The position numbers and the translations under genes were made by a program. A stretch of 60,994 nt of DNA, filler included, from Sphacelaria rigidula (lineage: Eukaryota): NCBI GenBank assembly GCA_964200075.2. It is 10 parts of 10 records of this genome, joined end to end, with 100 filler letters (N's around TTAATTAATTAA, not from the genome) between each part and the next. Parts side by side here need not be neighbours in the genome. Positions count along the whole stretch, not along the records: positions 6,111 to 12,120 come from CAXNAA020022819.1; positions 12,221 to 18,230 come from CAXNAA020022820.1; positions 18,331 to 24,340 come from CAXNAA020022821.1; positions 24,441 to 30,449 come from CAXNAA020022822.1; 6 more parts are not named here. One strand, written 5' to 3'. Below are positions 11,920 to 25,279 of the stretch, piece after piece (positions within the stretch are counted from its first letter, which is position 1; each line of letters opens with the position of its first letter). Under the pieces are notes generated by a model. The model was given only the letters and a program-made list of their open reading frames with translations, searched no databases and was not told the DNA's origin.

Positions 11920-12018
11920 CGCCGCCAGTTGCTCCGCATGGTCGTGTAACCGCCACACGTGAACGCCTCCCAGCAACGTTTCCTGGGTGGGCACTGCAGC
12001 GTCTAGGTGCGTCACCCC
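11920..12018 (-). CDS. RAD51C: RAD51C-like recombinase paralog, internal exon (first visible): GVTHLDAAVPTQETLLGGVHVWRLHDHAEQLAA
   Basis: 99 bp; acceptor aagcAG|GGG, donor GCG|GTGAGC, phase 0. The peptide aligns with the RAD51C segment before Walker B (human ...NILSHIYYFRCRDYTELLA). The 5' boundary is less certain. Confidence 0.8.
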
Positions 12019-15000
12019 CTGCTTTTTCTTATTCTGTGCGTTTTTGATGTCCGAAAAAAAAAAAAGGAGCACGGGCGGGGGGGGGGGGGGGGGGGGTTTA
12101 ATCCTCTCTTTTCATTTCTTNNNNNNNNNNNNNNNNNNNNNNNNNNNNNNNNNNNNNNNNNNNNTTAATTAATTAANNNNNNNNNNNNNNNNNNNNNNNN
12201 NNNNNNNNNNNNNNNNNNNNTCTTTTAGCTCATCTTTTCCTTTTCCCATCTTATTTTCGTTCTTTTTCCTTGTTTTCTTTATTGCTTTGAGTTTCCTTCC
12301 TCCCCCCCCCCCCCTTTTTTTTTTTTATGCACCTTGGCGAGGTGCAAGCGGAAGGAGAGGGTTTTTTATATGCACATGAATAAGTATGTTGGGTACTGCT
12401 GTGCTACGGGGTTGACGTTGTCAGAAGCCGAAGATGTTGAGCGTATGCGATCGGAAGCAGAGTAGAGCAACAAATGTCGGTCGAACCAAGATATATTGCG
12501 AGAAGAGGTGCAATATCGAGCCAGCGTACCCTGGGCCCGCGAAACACTGCCCTGTAAGATAACGGCGGGATATGAAAGAAAAATGAAGAAAAAACGAAAA
12601 AAAAAAGGACGGCCGTTATAATAGTAACGGCGAAATTAATGATACTAATATTAGGAGGAAGAGAGTACAATATTACTATTATTAATAATATTAATATATT
12701 AATGAGTTGCTGTTTTTCTTCAATTTTTTTTCGGGTGTTGTGTTTCTTTCTTCCGCACGCTTCCCCCTTTCCCGTTGCTGTGTCGTATTCCCAGCAATAC
12801 GTATTTTTGAACGCTACTGTTGCGTGTCGGTGTTAGCAGCAACACCGTTCAAACCTGTACAGTTCTAGTGCAGCGCCCTTCTGCTCAAGCTCGGTGATTT
12901 ATCTTGTATGTTATACACTACAAAACGTGTGTGTGGGGGGGGCGGGCGGGGGGGGCGGGGAGCATGAATGTAAAGGTGAGCATATATGCGCGCAACAGTC
13001 GAGACTACACACAGTCCCGGCCCGGCGGCGAAGAAAGGCACAGCATTGGGAAGCATTAATAATGACAATCTCTACGAAAATACACACCGTGTGCTGTGTG
13101 TTATGTGTTTGTTCTGTGTGCTTCATGTATTGTGTCTGCGTCAGTTGCGTGCGTGTATGTGTCTCGATGAGCGCACGTTTGGTGTGCAAACACGTGTGAG
13201 ACTTGGTGGCGTGTTGATTACCGACAAACCCATTAGTTTGTGTGTAGTGTTTTTATTTTCTTCGTTTCTTGGGGAAGGCCGACGGGAGCAAATGATCCGC
13301 GGTGATGGAAGTGAAGAGGGGGCCAGGAAACGAGTCCCTTTTTTTTTTTGTTCGCAGAGAAGCGGGCCCCAGGAGACGGACAGACACGGCCAGTCAAACC
13401 GGTAAAGAATCGTAAATTATGCGTGTAGCAAAATCAGTTAGGTAGGGAAGTTACGGGATCGGTGATGGGCGTACCGTGAGGGTTTCTTCGAATGTTCGAT
13501 CTCAAGGCAAAGTGGTGTCTACCCGCTCCCCTTTCCGCACTTGCGGGAATATTTTGCGCGTACGACAGAATGATGCAATATCCAAGAATATAGCTTTTTT
13601 TGCGGTAGACATGTGTGAGGGAGAAAGGAGGCGAGGGAGAAGTCGAGGCCGAAAAAACACAGTTAAGTGAGCGACCATGTAGAAGGAAGGGAGTGATTAC
13701 TGTGATAACGACCATCGCTTCAGTACAGGAACCACCGCCTTCTGCTCACAATTCCCAAGGTGGTAGCAGCGGCGGTGTTTGATGCACATGTTCTTCCGGT
13801 AGGGAACCTCACAGTCGCCCCCGGCCAGGAGTGTTGAGGCTTTTGTATCTCGATTTTGTTGTTTTTACTTTGTCTCCCGGGGGTTGATGGGGAAATAACT
13901 GACGGCAAGGCGTTGAAGAAGTTTCTACCGCTCGTGTGCAACTCGGTGTACACAAAAGGGTAAATGCGTACATAAGGTGATTATTTTCGTCGGAAGGCTA
14001 AGGCTGAGGCCACGCCACTGTGAATCGGTGTTCGACTGTGTTTGATGTTGGAACGATGGTGGCATGGCCTCTCCTTTCGTGTTTGTTTTTTTATTCCTTC
14101 GGCGCTTTCGGTGCAGCGGCGGACAGGAGACGAAAAGGGAGACGGCCGAGGGATGACAGTAGGACAGCAACTCACAGATGCTCAGTACAAGAACAGGAGC
14201 GAGCATGCGCCAATTTATATGTGTGTGTCTATTGCGTGATTTCTGGGGGACTGACTTGGTGTGGAGAATGGTGTACGGTTGTGTTGACCACTTGGTGCTC
14301 TATAGGTGCACGTGGGTCTCGGGGGTATTGAGACTTTTCAGCAATGTGAAAGTTTGACAACGGTTGGTGGGTCAGAGAACATTTATGTCACCCATCGATT
14401 GACAAAAGCGGGTGGCTTGTTTGATCCTTGTGGCGGCGAAGACTTGATTCATTCGAGACATGAAGAAGGTGTTGCTAGTGTACAGCAGCAGTAGTACAGC
14501 ACAACGGACGTAACGGATGGGGAGAGTTGAGTTTTTTTTTTTTTTGCCGTTATTGGTTGTTTTCTTTGCTCTCCGAATGTAGTCTTGAAGCACATTCTTT
14601 TATTTATTCACAGGAAGCCAAGCGCGTCTCCTCCTTCTGGTGTTTTTTTTTCTGTCGTTTTGTGATATTGTGGTTGTTGTTGTTGCAGTCATCGAGTGGG
14701 GTTGTCACCTTGCTCGCGTTGTGCCGTCTGTTATTGTGGAAGTGGAAGCATATATTTAAAGTGCAGACTTGATGTGTCATTCACATGATTCTTCCACACC
14801 CTGGACAACAGATACTATTGTAAGAAAATGTACTGCGTACAGTACAGAATCTATTGTATATTGCAACAGGCGCAATAGTCAATACTGTACGCAGTACGCT
14901 TTTTGACTGTATTCTTTTGTCCAGGGTATGGATTCTTCGTTCATCTGTCCACCTGAACCTAGGTATCCCGTAATACCGTCTCTTCTGGTCGTATGTTTTT

Positions 15001-15799
15001 GCGACAGAGTAAGTTTCTTTGCCGAAAAAGCGATAGGACGTGCGCGGAAAGGCGAGTGGACGCGAAGGTTGGGGTGGGGGGGTGGAGGCGGTGGTTTTTC
15101 ATTCGTGAGTGGTGATCCTGTCTGTGTTTTTCGGCAGTAATTTATAGCAAATAATACAGCGCAACTGCATGCAGTGCGACGGGCTGACGAACTTACTTAT
15201 TTCGTCAATATATTTTGAGAGTTGACGGGGGTAAAAATTGTTAGTGGGGTTAATATATGAGTGTCATGGAGACAAGAAAAACAAGAGGGAATTAACGCCG
15301 CTTTTATTCCGTTGTCCCGACGTTGTGTTTGTGAGCCAGGTTGCTTTTCTCGTGCAGAAGCATTTGACTGAAATATTTTCCGTCGTGTGGTTGGTTTCTC
15401 CTCTTTTTGAGCCCTTCCAACTGACACAAAAGAGCTCGGGGCGCGTGGGAGGTGGGAACGTCAGTGCACACCCTCAATAACCACCACGTAAAAGCTCGGC
15501 GTCAGTGCCAACCCCCAGTCACACGCTAGCCGTCTGCACCTTGGGGTTCCTATGAAGAGAGCGTAAAGTCGGTTCCCGCTCCCGATCAAGAACCATTTGG
15601 TGGTTCGCAGGGAGTACTTGCGAGGGTGTGTATCAACCGCGCATTGACTAGTCCGTCGGGACTGTCTTGTTGGTAACATAGGCTGTTTCAACGGGTTCCA
15701 ATTTCACACAGTGTAATTGGTTTCTGCTCCCGCGTAAAAATTGACTAACCGATTTTTTGCACGTTTTATTTGCTCTAATTCTCAACCTAAAACCCCTAC

Positions 15800-16720
15800 A
15801 AGCTGGTTCACGCGGATCACCCAAAATTGTGTCATCAGCAAATGCCTTTCGCAATACCTACACAATAGTCGAATACATGATATTATACTGACCGCCATGG
15901 ACAGCTGAAGAGCGTGACATAGCCGGATTTGAGTGTAAGGCCATAGTGGTAGCGATACGGGCGAGAATATATATCGCCCTATCAGCGCCCGTAAAATTGT
16001 TCCGAGATCGAAATTACGAATTCCAAGCCCAATTTTCACCCAATCTCCACATGCTCCAAATCGTAGTAACCGTAATCGGCTCGGGAATCTAACGAAAAAA
16101 AAAAATTCTAAACCGGTTACCACGGGGTCGAATTATACCCGAAACCGTAATGTTTCGGTGACGTGGGGTGTTGTCGTCTAATTTCCACCAATGATACGCA
16201 CCAAAGACCCAGGGAGCCTCGTGACGGTGTCCCCTCTATCTGTTGTAGAAAAGCTTAGATCGCCCTCGAACTTGGCACTTCCGTAAGTATTGATGCTCCA
16301 AATGGAAAAATTGTGCTCTTCGCAATATTTCATGGTTTCTCCGTTGTCTACCGGCTTCCGAGGGTCCCAGACACTTTCTACGATAGCCCCCCCCCCAAAA
16401 AAAGAAAAAGTGCATGGTTTTGGAAGGCAAAATCTTCACATAAATCGAAATGGGAAAAGCCGACCACAACGAGCAGCTGGAAATTCCCACGCTTGGGTTC
16501 GTTTTAGTAAATGTCGCCAATGTGAGGCGCTTCATGTGGCCTGAACCCCAGCATCAGGCGCTCTATGGCCATTTTTTTTGTGGCACTTTTGGGTGGGGGC
16601 TATCGTAGAAAGTGTCCCCAGTATGAAGACCCCTGGAAGGCGGTAGAGAATGCCCTAAAAAAAAAATGGCGCGTCCTGGGATCGTCCGAGGAACACATGT
16701 AGAGGTAAACGTACCAATTA
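15800..16720. repeat. Dispersed repeat, paralogous to ~33515-34180
   Basis: Long colinear similarity starting AGCTGGTTCA...TCACCCAAAATTGTGTCATC in two different contigs. Class unknown. Confidence 0.85.
16370..16616. mobile_element. MITE with 4-bp TSD CCCA
   Basis: Perfect 22-bp TIR GACACTTTCTACGATAGCCCCC; CCCA at 16366-16369 and 16617-16620. The paralogous repeat near 34075-34105 shows the empty site. Confidence 0.9.
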
Positions 16721-17055
16721 TGATACGCTTAAGGCACCTGACGGGAAAAGCTCTGGTTCGTGGGAACCACGACACTTAGAACAATGACCAGAGTATCCGG
16801 AGAAGAACAATTTAATCCTCTATCACCCAAACTTTTCAAAATTGAAAAAGAATCAAACCACGTTGCAGGAGTAGATGTGGAGTATGGCTCTATTGACGAA
16901 AAAATGCGGCCAAAATACCCTCTGTTTCAATTACGGTACACTTTACTCAGCAGTTGATTTCTCGCGACCTTAGACGTCTCAGACCTTCTCCCTTGGTATA
17001 AATGTTTATGATATTAGTGCGGTCCGTTTTCAAGAAAAAAAGGAAAGAAAAGTTC

Positions 17056-17935
17056 AATCCGGGGATGAAAATCACCTATCCCCTGTTTTTCGGAACAACT
17101 TGCGCCACTAAGTCGGTGTTTGGCGACGCCGTACTCGACGAAAACTGATGTTTTTTTTTCTTTTTCAACTCATCATCGAAATACATTTTGATCGTCATAT
17201 CCCAAAATTTGGTGCTCATCGGTTGTGATTAAGGTACTCCATCACGCGCGTTGCCCTAATCATTCATTTTTCACCAGAAATCGATAATGACCACCAAAAT
17301 GGAACACCTGGGGCGTTTCGGACCTCCTCTTTTGGTGCAAATGTGTATGACACTGGTTCAGTTTGTTAAAAAAAAAAAAATCCGGGAATGAAAATGGCCT
17401 ATCCCCTAGTTTTCGTAACAAATTTCGCCATTAATTCTGTGTTTGGCAACGCCGTACTCGACGAAAACGTTTTTTTCTTTTCCTGCTTTATTGACTCACC
17501 GAGATACGTTTTGACCGTAATCTCCCAAAATGTGGTGTTCATGCCTTACGATTAAGGTACTATGACGCACGTTGAGTGATGCCCCCTAATCATCAGAAAT
17601 CGACAATGCTGCGAAAATGGAACACTTAGAGCCAGGACGTGACAGATATTTTCCTTCGGCACAAATCTTTACGCATCGCAATGCATCACAATGCCTCACG
17701 ATGCATCACTTTCTGGCACCAAACAAGGAAAAGAGGCACTTCGGGGAAATAATTGGCCTATCCCCGGATTTTCGGAACACAGTTGAGCATTCTTCTCCGT
17801 GTTTCGCAACGCCAAACTCGACGAACACGGTCGCAGAGCTCTAAGCTCTCTGTTTGTTCAGAGCTACCCAACCAAGTGACATTAGTTTCGACATAATTGT
17901 CGCAAAAATTTGGTGTTCGACGGATGTGAACGAGT
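17056..17935. repeat. Three diverged tandem units of ~320-360 bp
   Basis: The motif CCTATCCCC...TTTTCG.AACA...GTGTTT.GC.ACGCC..ACTCGACGAA recurs in units starting near 17056, 17379 and 17739. Confidence 0.8.
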
Positions 17936-18772
17936 TGCAATGTAACACGTTTGCTGCCCCCCCCCCCCCACACACACAAAAATTCTCGCCAAAAACAAAA
18001 ATGACTACGAGAACGGCGGCAGACGTGGCTCGCAGACAGCATCTAGCACGAAACAGGGCAAGCCAAGCAGCGAAAACTTCGCCTAATCTTTCTCGGCGAT
18101 GATCTTCCACGCCCTGGTCCCTTGCGGAGTAACACCTACGGCGAAGATATCCACGAGTGGCGGGTGTAAGGGGCGGGGGGTGGGGAGGGGGCACGGTACA
18201 GAGTAAACACCGTTTTCGTGAGATTGAGAGNNNNNNNNNNNNNNNNNNNNNNNNNNNNNNNNNNNNNNNNNNNNTTAATTAATTAANNNNNNNNNNNNNN
18301 NNNNNNNNNNNNNNNNNNNNNNNNNNNNNNTTTTCGTACCTTTCTTAGGCAAAAAACGAGAAGGTATACCTTTTCTAGGCCATTGCCCTAATTATTATAT
18401 TAATAATCATAGAAAAAATCATAATCATAATCATAAGTTATAATCATAACTAGTGATAAGCCACGGCTGACGCGCGTGGCAGCAGTGCCGAACGTATCAA
18501 CGCCACGGGTCTTGCACGGGTGGAGGTTCAAACGAAATTGCGAAAATGTGATGGTAAATGACTGAGTGCCTGAATTAAAACTAGTTCCTTGTGGATATGC
18601 AGATGGTCCCTAGAAACGACCAGCGGGTATGGAAACATTCTAGTCGAATGTGTGTTTGTATGAGGCAGGATATGGGTCCTTTTATTGTTGACACACCGGC
18701 TTGAAGGTAGATACAGGATTGTACCCGATTAGCCGCGTGTACCTGCTGCTACTATAGCTTTGATTGGCTTAA

Positions 18773-20290
18773 CCCTTTTGGGACCCTCCCCTCCTGTCCC
18801 CTGGCCGAACGCCTTATTATGAGAAGCTCTGACGAAGAGGAAAACATGGAAACAGAATAGGCCGACGGCAACCATTTTTATAATGGAAGCCCGGAGAAGA
18901 ATGTCCTCCCTGGAGAATTTGGGTAAGGTTTGTCCAATCATACCACGCAACGGATGAAGTGTATCCAATTATACCCATCGACAATAATCAGCAAAATCAC
19001 TATGAAACATTCCATTGAAAAAATAGCAATGGGCTCCAGGGTCCAACCTGGCACGTTTGTATATTAGTATTTGTACATAAGGGAAGCACCGCTTTGGCGC
19101 GCTGCAGCATCGGGTGGCGAGTTTGCCAAGCCACATCGTACATACAACACAGTATGGCTGAACCCAGCGAAATCCCGTCACCACATGTGGAAGGCACAGT
19201 GGGTTGTGCGGGCGGTACATGGCGGGTGTAATCGCAGGCGCCCGAACAGGCGATATACATGTACACGGAAGGGAGCCGACGGACACCGCCTACCGTAATC
19301 AGGCCAGATGAAAAACACCACAGTCAGTAAATACAGTAGGTTACAGTATTGACTTGCGGCTACACTCCGTGCAAGATAAATATGGACATGTCGTGAAAAG
19401 TCGGCCACGAGAGTAGACGGCACGAGACGATAGCGGTAGCCGGCGTCATGAATCTCATGCAGCATGAAGTATGTCTATGCAACGGTAGGGAACGATCAAC
19501 CTGTGGTACAGATGTGGTGAGGCAACTGTGCCTTTCGCTACGCCGTTGTGTAATAGTCAGCCCGAAGTATGATGTTGTCGACACGTACTTGCCAGAGCGC
19601 AGTTCTGTGCATGCCCCGCGTTTTACAGAGATATTTTCAAAATACAAAACAGACATGACACGAAGCAGTAAGGTATTACCCCTGGGGCGACGGCACTTGG
19701 CAGACTCTACACCACAGTGGCGGTGCATAACTGCAGGGCACATGGCGTCTGCGTGGCCTTTACCCATTTTTCAAAGGGCGGGATGGTGCTGTCGGAACGT
19801 GCATGAGCGCGATGTTGTGCATGACGTCAGTCTGCAGTCGAGATTAGCTCAAACTGCTGTGAACACACCCAGTACTGTACAGGGCAGTGATGCAGCACCC
19901 CCAGCGGCACGGAAAGGTGACTGCCTGGGATTGCATATCACCAGTTCATACATTTAGCGAATGTGCCATCGGCGTTGCCCTTGTTTCTATGACACTGCTA
20001 AGAGTATAAACTGCAGCGGGCAGGGCGTGCAGGTCAGGCGGGAAGCATGCTTCACAGAGGCCTGCCGCGCACTGTGGCCGAGCAAGGATCTCATGAGTGT
20101 AGAAAAAAAAGCCGACGGATCGCAGCAAGAAAATAGGAAATCTTCTCTTGTTCCACTTGTAACTCGTACGGGTCTGAAAAATGCGCGTTTGGCCAAAATT
20201 GTTGCGTGTAAGCTATGAACCATCAACCATATATTGCCCAAAAATCGTCAATTGCAAATGATCAATTTTCCATTGTGAGTTCCAAAAGGG
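18773..20290. mobile_element. piggyBac-type non-autonomous or decayed DNA transposon (1518 bp)
   Basis: TTAA|CCCTTTTGGGACCC ... GAGTTCCAAAAGGG|TTAA: CCC...GGG termini and a TTAA TSD (18769-18772, 20291-20294). No intact transposase ORF inside. Confidence 0.7.
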
Positions 20291-23200
20291 TTAAGGTACC
20301 GTGCGTCACGCTGAGTAATATTTATATTACAAGATTGTATGCGTAGCTAGGAGCTTTTGAAGGTATTCGTGTGCCGCATCGCCTACGATGCTCACTTGCG
20401 TCTCACCTGCCTGAGAAGGACTTACCGTAGAACTAATCACAAGAAGGATCACCATCTTTTCATCTGCTTCACGCGGCGTCTCATTTTCCTGGCTGGCAAG
20501 CCGTTCTCAAGAAGTGAGTAACGTGTATCACAATCTCTTGGTGTCAATTGGTGTTTCCTTTTATCGAAAGAGCTCGATGCTTACTTTCAATTATAGCTGT
20601 CTGCTGTTGACGAGTGCCTTGTGTGAGAGAAACCTACAGTTTGAGTGCAACAAGTCAATCCAGGACCGCCGGCAGACACCTCACAAGGGTGTGGCTTGCT
20701 TGCGTTCGGCGTATACAGTTTTACTGCTTGCGGTATTGCCTATACCGCCACATTGTGGGGCTTCAGAGGTAGCTTGTTATCCCAAGCTGTACGGTTTCTC
20801 TTTACTCGGCTGCTGTGCACGCACCCGCCGAACACAAGCTCACGTCTGTTTTTTTTCAATCCTTCGTAATTTCAGTCCTTGATTTCACTTATTGATAATT
20901 GTACACGTGTTGAGCGTGTGGGGTTGTTTTTTTCACGACAGCTGCCCACGTGCTACTGCCAGTTTTATCTGGTTTACCCACAGGCCAACGATGTCTCGCA
21001 ATAAACTCAGTTCCGCCTCGATCAATGATGAGCGTACGCTCAGGCGTTTGAGGCGCGCCCGTGTCCGCGAACTATCCTTTGCTGCACAACAAACCACTTC
21101 CCCACCCACAGGCCAGTTTGACGGGGCATGTCAAAACCTCGGGACGGATGGACCCTCTTTCGTACCGTTGTACACGGTTCAAAGAAATAACAGTGTCGTG
21201 AACTACATACAACCTGTACATCCGTCCCTCTATCTCTCCACACAACTGCCCCTGGCATCTGTGCCGCTCGAGTTACTTTTGTTTCAACCCGCTCGCTCTA
21301 GACACAACGCTTTATTCTCCCCTTCGCCCCAACACCCCTCCGCATTCCTTCTCGGCTCGGGAAACACCGAGTCGATCCATGTGTGCCCCACTACCGGTCT
21401 CTGTTGGCAGACAGAGCGGGCGCGGGCTGCTTCAAATTCAACCCGCTGTACAGGCAATGAACTACTTTTTCCACCACGGAACATTCCAACGAACTGTCTC
21501 ATACTTTCATCGATGCTTCATCGATGGCGCAAATTTGTCAGTACAAAGAGAGTTCGTCCCAACACACGCCGACTCAGGCTTGCAGGTAGGGAGTTCGCGG
21601 GCTATTTCAATCGCCGCCCGCTGTGCATACGACTCCTCTTGTCCAAACACGGAACGTTGATCCACAATGCGCACCGAATTATATCGATGCGACGCGATGG
21701 ACTCGGACCAAAGATGTTGCATGTAAAGAAGCATGATTCAACACGGCAAGGCGCGAGGCTCGTTTTACTTGTACACAAGCTCTCGACTCTGTACTGTTTT
21801 CACTTTTACACGGCACCAGGGTACACTACAGTTTAATTGCCGCCCCACCAACACACACTACAGTACATACTTGATCGTCCAGAAGGCCACGTACCCTTTC
21901 CCGTTGAAATATTGTTCCGAATTGAAGTACTGACAACAGTACAGCACCGTACAAACGACCTCAGCGGGTAATATCTTGCGGATGGTGAGGTACCGTGTTG
22001 TAGCATACGTTGGGTACTGCTGCACTATTTGAACGAAATCATCTATATTGCATTGCAGATATGAACACGACGCGGGTATAGCGCTGTGTCGGGTTTTCTT
22101 CATGTGATACGAACAAATTGACATCGTACTGCACTGCCAACCACCCCGCTGCGCCACGCGAAGATCATATGTACTGTACTGTGCCACACAGCATTTTGCT
22201 GTCTGTTGCTTTGTACGCTGCTGTTGTACTGTACTACATACTTGTATTACGGTTGCGCTTGTACATATGTTGACTGTTTACCTGCACGAGGATCGTCACT
22301 GACCCCCGACTCGGCTATTTTCAACGAACTACGCGGTACTGAAATAAGTATCGCCAGCTGCGCTGGTATTGCCTTTGGAAACACAACATCCGGTAGGTAT
22401 TTTTTTTTCTCAGCCTCAACGTGTTCTCAAAATAGAACTGAGCGGTTTGACGTTGCTGTTCGCTGCATCCCACACGTCTAGTCCTTCGTGGCATGCAGGT
22501 TTGTTAATGCGCTGTTGCGCTGGTGACAGACACTGTATGTCTGTTGCTTGTGACAACCTTCGTTTTCTTGTCTCTTGCTGTCACAATTTATTCCAACACA
22601 CACACACCTACGGTTTGTTGTGTGCCCTCGACATATATATTTTTCTCTCTTGTCTGCACCTGATTGACAAGGTGGTAGACCTCATGCATGTGCGGACTGC
22701 GCGGAACTACATGTCGATCGACTGTCGACAGTACCCTGCCACTCTGTTCCTTTTTATCTTTGTTCACGCCGCCTCAGTTCTCAACAACGGTGCTCAATTC
22801 CACTTCGAAACGTTCACTTTTCAACCTCTGCATCTCTACGTTACCGGTTTGGCGCAAATTGCGCAGGTGTACAAGAAATGTCTGATATCAACCGCCCTTC
22901 GACTTCATCGGAGCGCGATGTCACGAACAATGGTGCGATCCCTACAGACAATGGTGAACAACCGTACAAGTCAAACCAAACCATGCGTAGTGAGACGGTT
23001 GACAACAACACACCGAACTGTTTCGACGACGACGATAGCGTTCTTGCAGGACGTATTTTCAGAGATGTGGCTGAAGATTTCGATGAGGACCGTAGCTCTC
23101 ACCATGCTCACCCCTCCCTCAGTGAACATACCACTACACACCAAGCAGCCATCCAAAATGCTGACAGTATTCCCACTCTTCCTTCTCAGATGGCATCTCT

Positions 23201-25279
23201 CCACGTGAGCCCTGATGCTACGAAAACCTTTCCTGACGATAACCTCCGCACCCAAACCGGTGCTGAATCCTCTGATCGCCCCACTCTGGCTTTTGATACG
23301 TCACCCACATTAGAACAATACCTGCCAACAAATGACGAAACACACGACCGACTTCGGCAAAAACGTCCAGCCTTCATTCCCCCGTGCCATTAGTACAACT
23401 TTTCAGAGGCTGAACAGACAGCGTGCTGGAATCAGATCCGCAGTAGCGATCTGGCACACCATATGGAACTCGAGCACAGAGAGTTGGAATTTGCCCGCCT
23501 ACAGGTATCTACAAGGGTCCAGGAGCCCGCTCAGGCCTCCCATAATGTAGATGTCCACCCCGAAAAAAAGCCAACGGAACAAAATGACCTAGAACCGGCG
23601 ATACGCAAATCCACGAAGGCTCTGGAAATTGGGGAGCAAGAATATAACCTGGTGACAAAAAGACACTTCGAAGCTTCGCGTCATTTTGGACTATGTTGGC
23701 AAGTCTGGCAATCACAACTGCGTTCGTACGGTCGCCTGCTGCTCCGCCCCCAAGGCGACAACTGATTCACCGCCTGACCCACCTGACCTGGCACACTTTC
23801 AACCACATGCACTGACCCATTCACAAACGGTAGACGCTTACACATGAGTGGACCTAGTGCCGCGGCTGAACCCCGCCAGGGCGGTACCCACACAGCACTG
23901 ATGCTCACCTCACAACTTGACAACCTTTTGGGAACGTTCTACAAGTTGCGGAGATCCAAATAGCATACAGTGGGGTAACCCAGGACGCGTGGCTTAGCCC
24001 AAAGCCTAAGCCCCGCCACCCGCCTGTTTATTTTCTACTTCTGTAATTTATTTCTCATTGGTTGGTACAATCCCACGATTAGAAATGAACAATGACCGGT
24101 AATTCACTGCAGAAGTATCCAACAATTTTATGTCGAGACTGCTGCCGAGATAGCTCCCCCCCAAACCGGCCAAAAACGTGCACGGAGGCGATGATCATAA
24201 CTGCCGTTAAAGCTGGTTTCGTGCCGTGCGCACGACGCGACTGATTTGGGCGTTATAGCTGATTTCGGACTGCTACACGCCTCTCATGTGGGCGCAGTTG
24301 CTGCAAACAAGCCCAATAGTGGTATCGCAGCCGGTTCGTTNNNNNNNNNNNNNNNNNNNNNNNNNNNNNNNNNNNNNNNNNNNNTTAATTAATTAANNNN
24401 NNNNNNNNNNNNNNNNNNNNNNNNNNNNNNNNNNNNNNNNATGATTTCCTCTTGTATATGTAGGCAAGAAGTGGGGTCAGACTAGGAGTGGGCGCCAGGG
24501 GCGACCAAGACCTCGGGGGATGTTGGACCGTCCTATATTAGGCTCTTCCTGGCATCACCCCGAGTTGCCTAGTTACGTCGGCATTACAGGGTCCTCGGTA
24601 ATCTGGTCCTTTCGGATCGGTGGTCCAAGTGATACATCATCTGCTCGTTCGGGTGGAATGGTGGGACTCCGGGCAATAATGATAGGTGTTACTGATTTCC
24701 GGCATGCAAAGCGTGAGAGTATGCGTGAACAGCAAATCGATTCAAGTCGACGAGCTCGGGAGTGCTGATTCAATACTACACGATCAATTGTGAGGCAGGT
24801 ACCGGGGAGAAAATGGGTTGACCCCCTGAGACGACGGGCTAGTCCCGAGGAAGGGAAGCTGTTGAAAGTACGACAAAAAACGCAATCAAGGGGGCTCCCC
24901 CAGAGGGGGTCGATGCCCTCCCCTGCCTTACCCGCGGTAGGCGAGGTAGTGGAGGAGTAAGGTTTAGAATGAAGGCGCTAATAGGATGACCTGGAGAAAA
25001 AGAAAAGGAACGTTCGGCGAAAGAAAAGTTACAGCGAAGGCTCGATATATTGTTTCACGGTTCGGACGAATCGTAGTTCAAACAGGCTGACTCCCCATGA
25101 ATGTTGAGTGCAAATCATGATACAAAGAGTCATTCATTCGGTATGAACCACGGATGGTAAAGTTGTACTCCGTACGTTCAAGGCTGCACCACGCGAATCA
25201 CGAACTGGCAATGTGAACACTCCAAGAAGTGTCACACGAATGAAGAGTGCGAGTTATGTGCGAATCACAGTTCCTTTAC

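Noticed and set aside
12400..15480. Intron-like region with possible splice sites (e.g. minus-strand acceptor near 12552)
   Set aside because: I could not assemble exons with a recognisable or consistent reading frame.
20892..21836. 314-aa ORF (also the 279-aa ORFs at 22369-23208 and 38358-39197 and the 238-aa ORF at 47114-47830)
   Set aside because: No recognisable domains and atypical composition; one overlaps a better frame and another reads antisense through a SINE.
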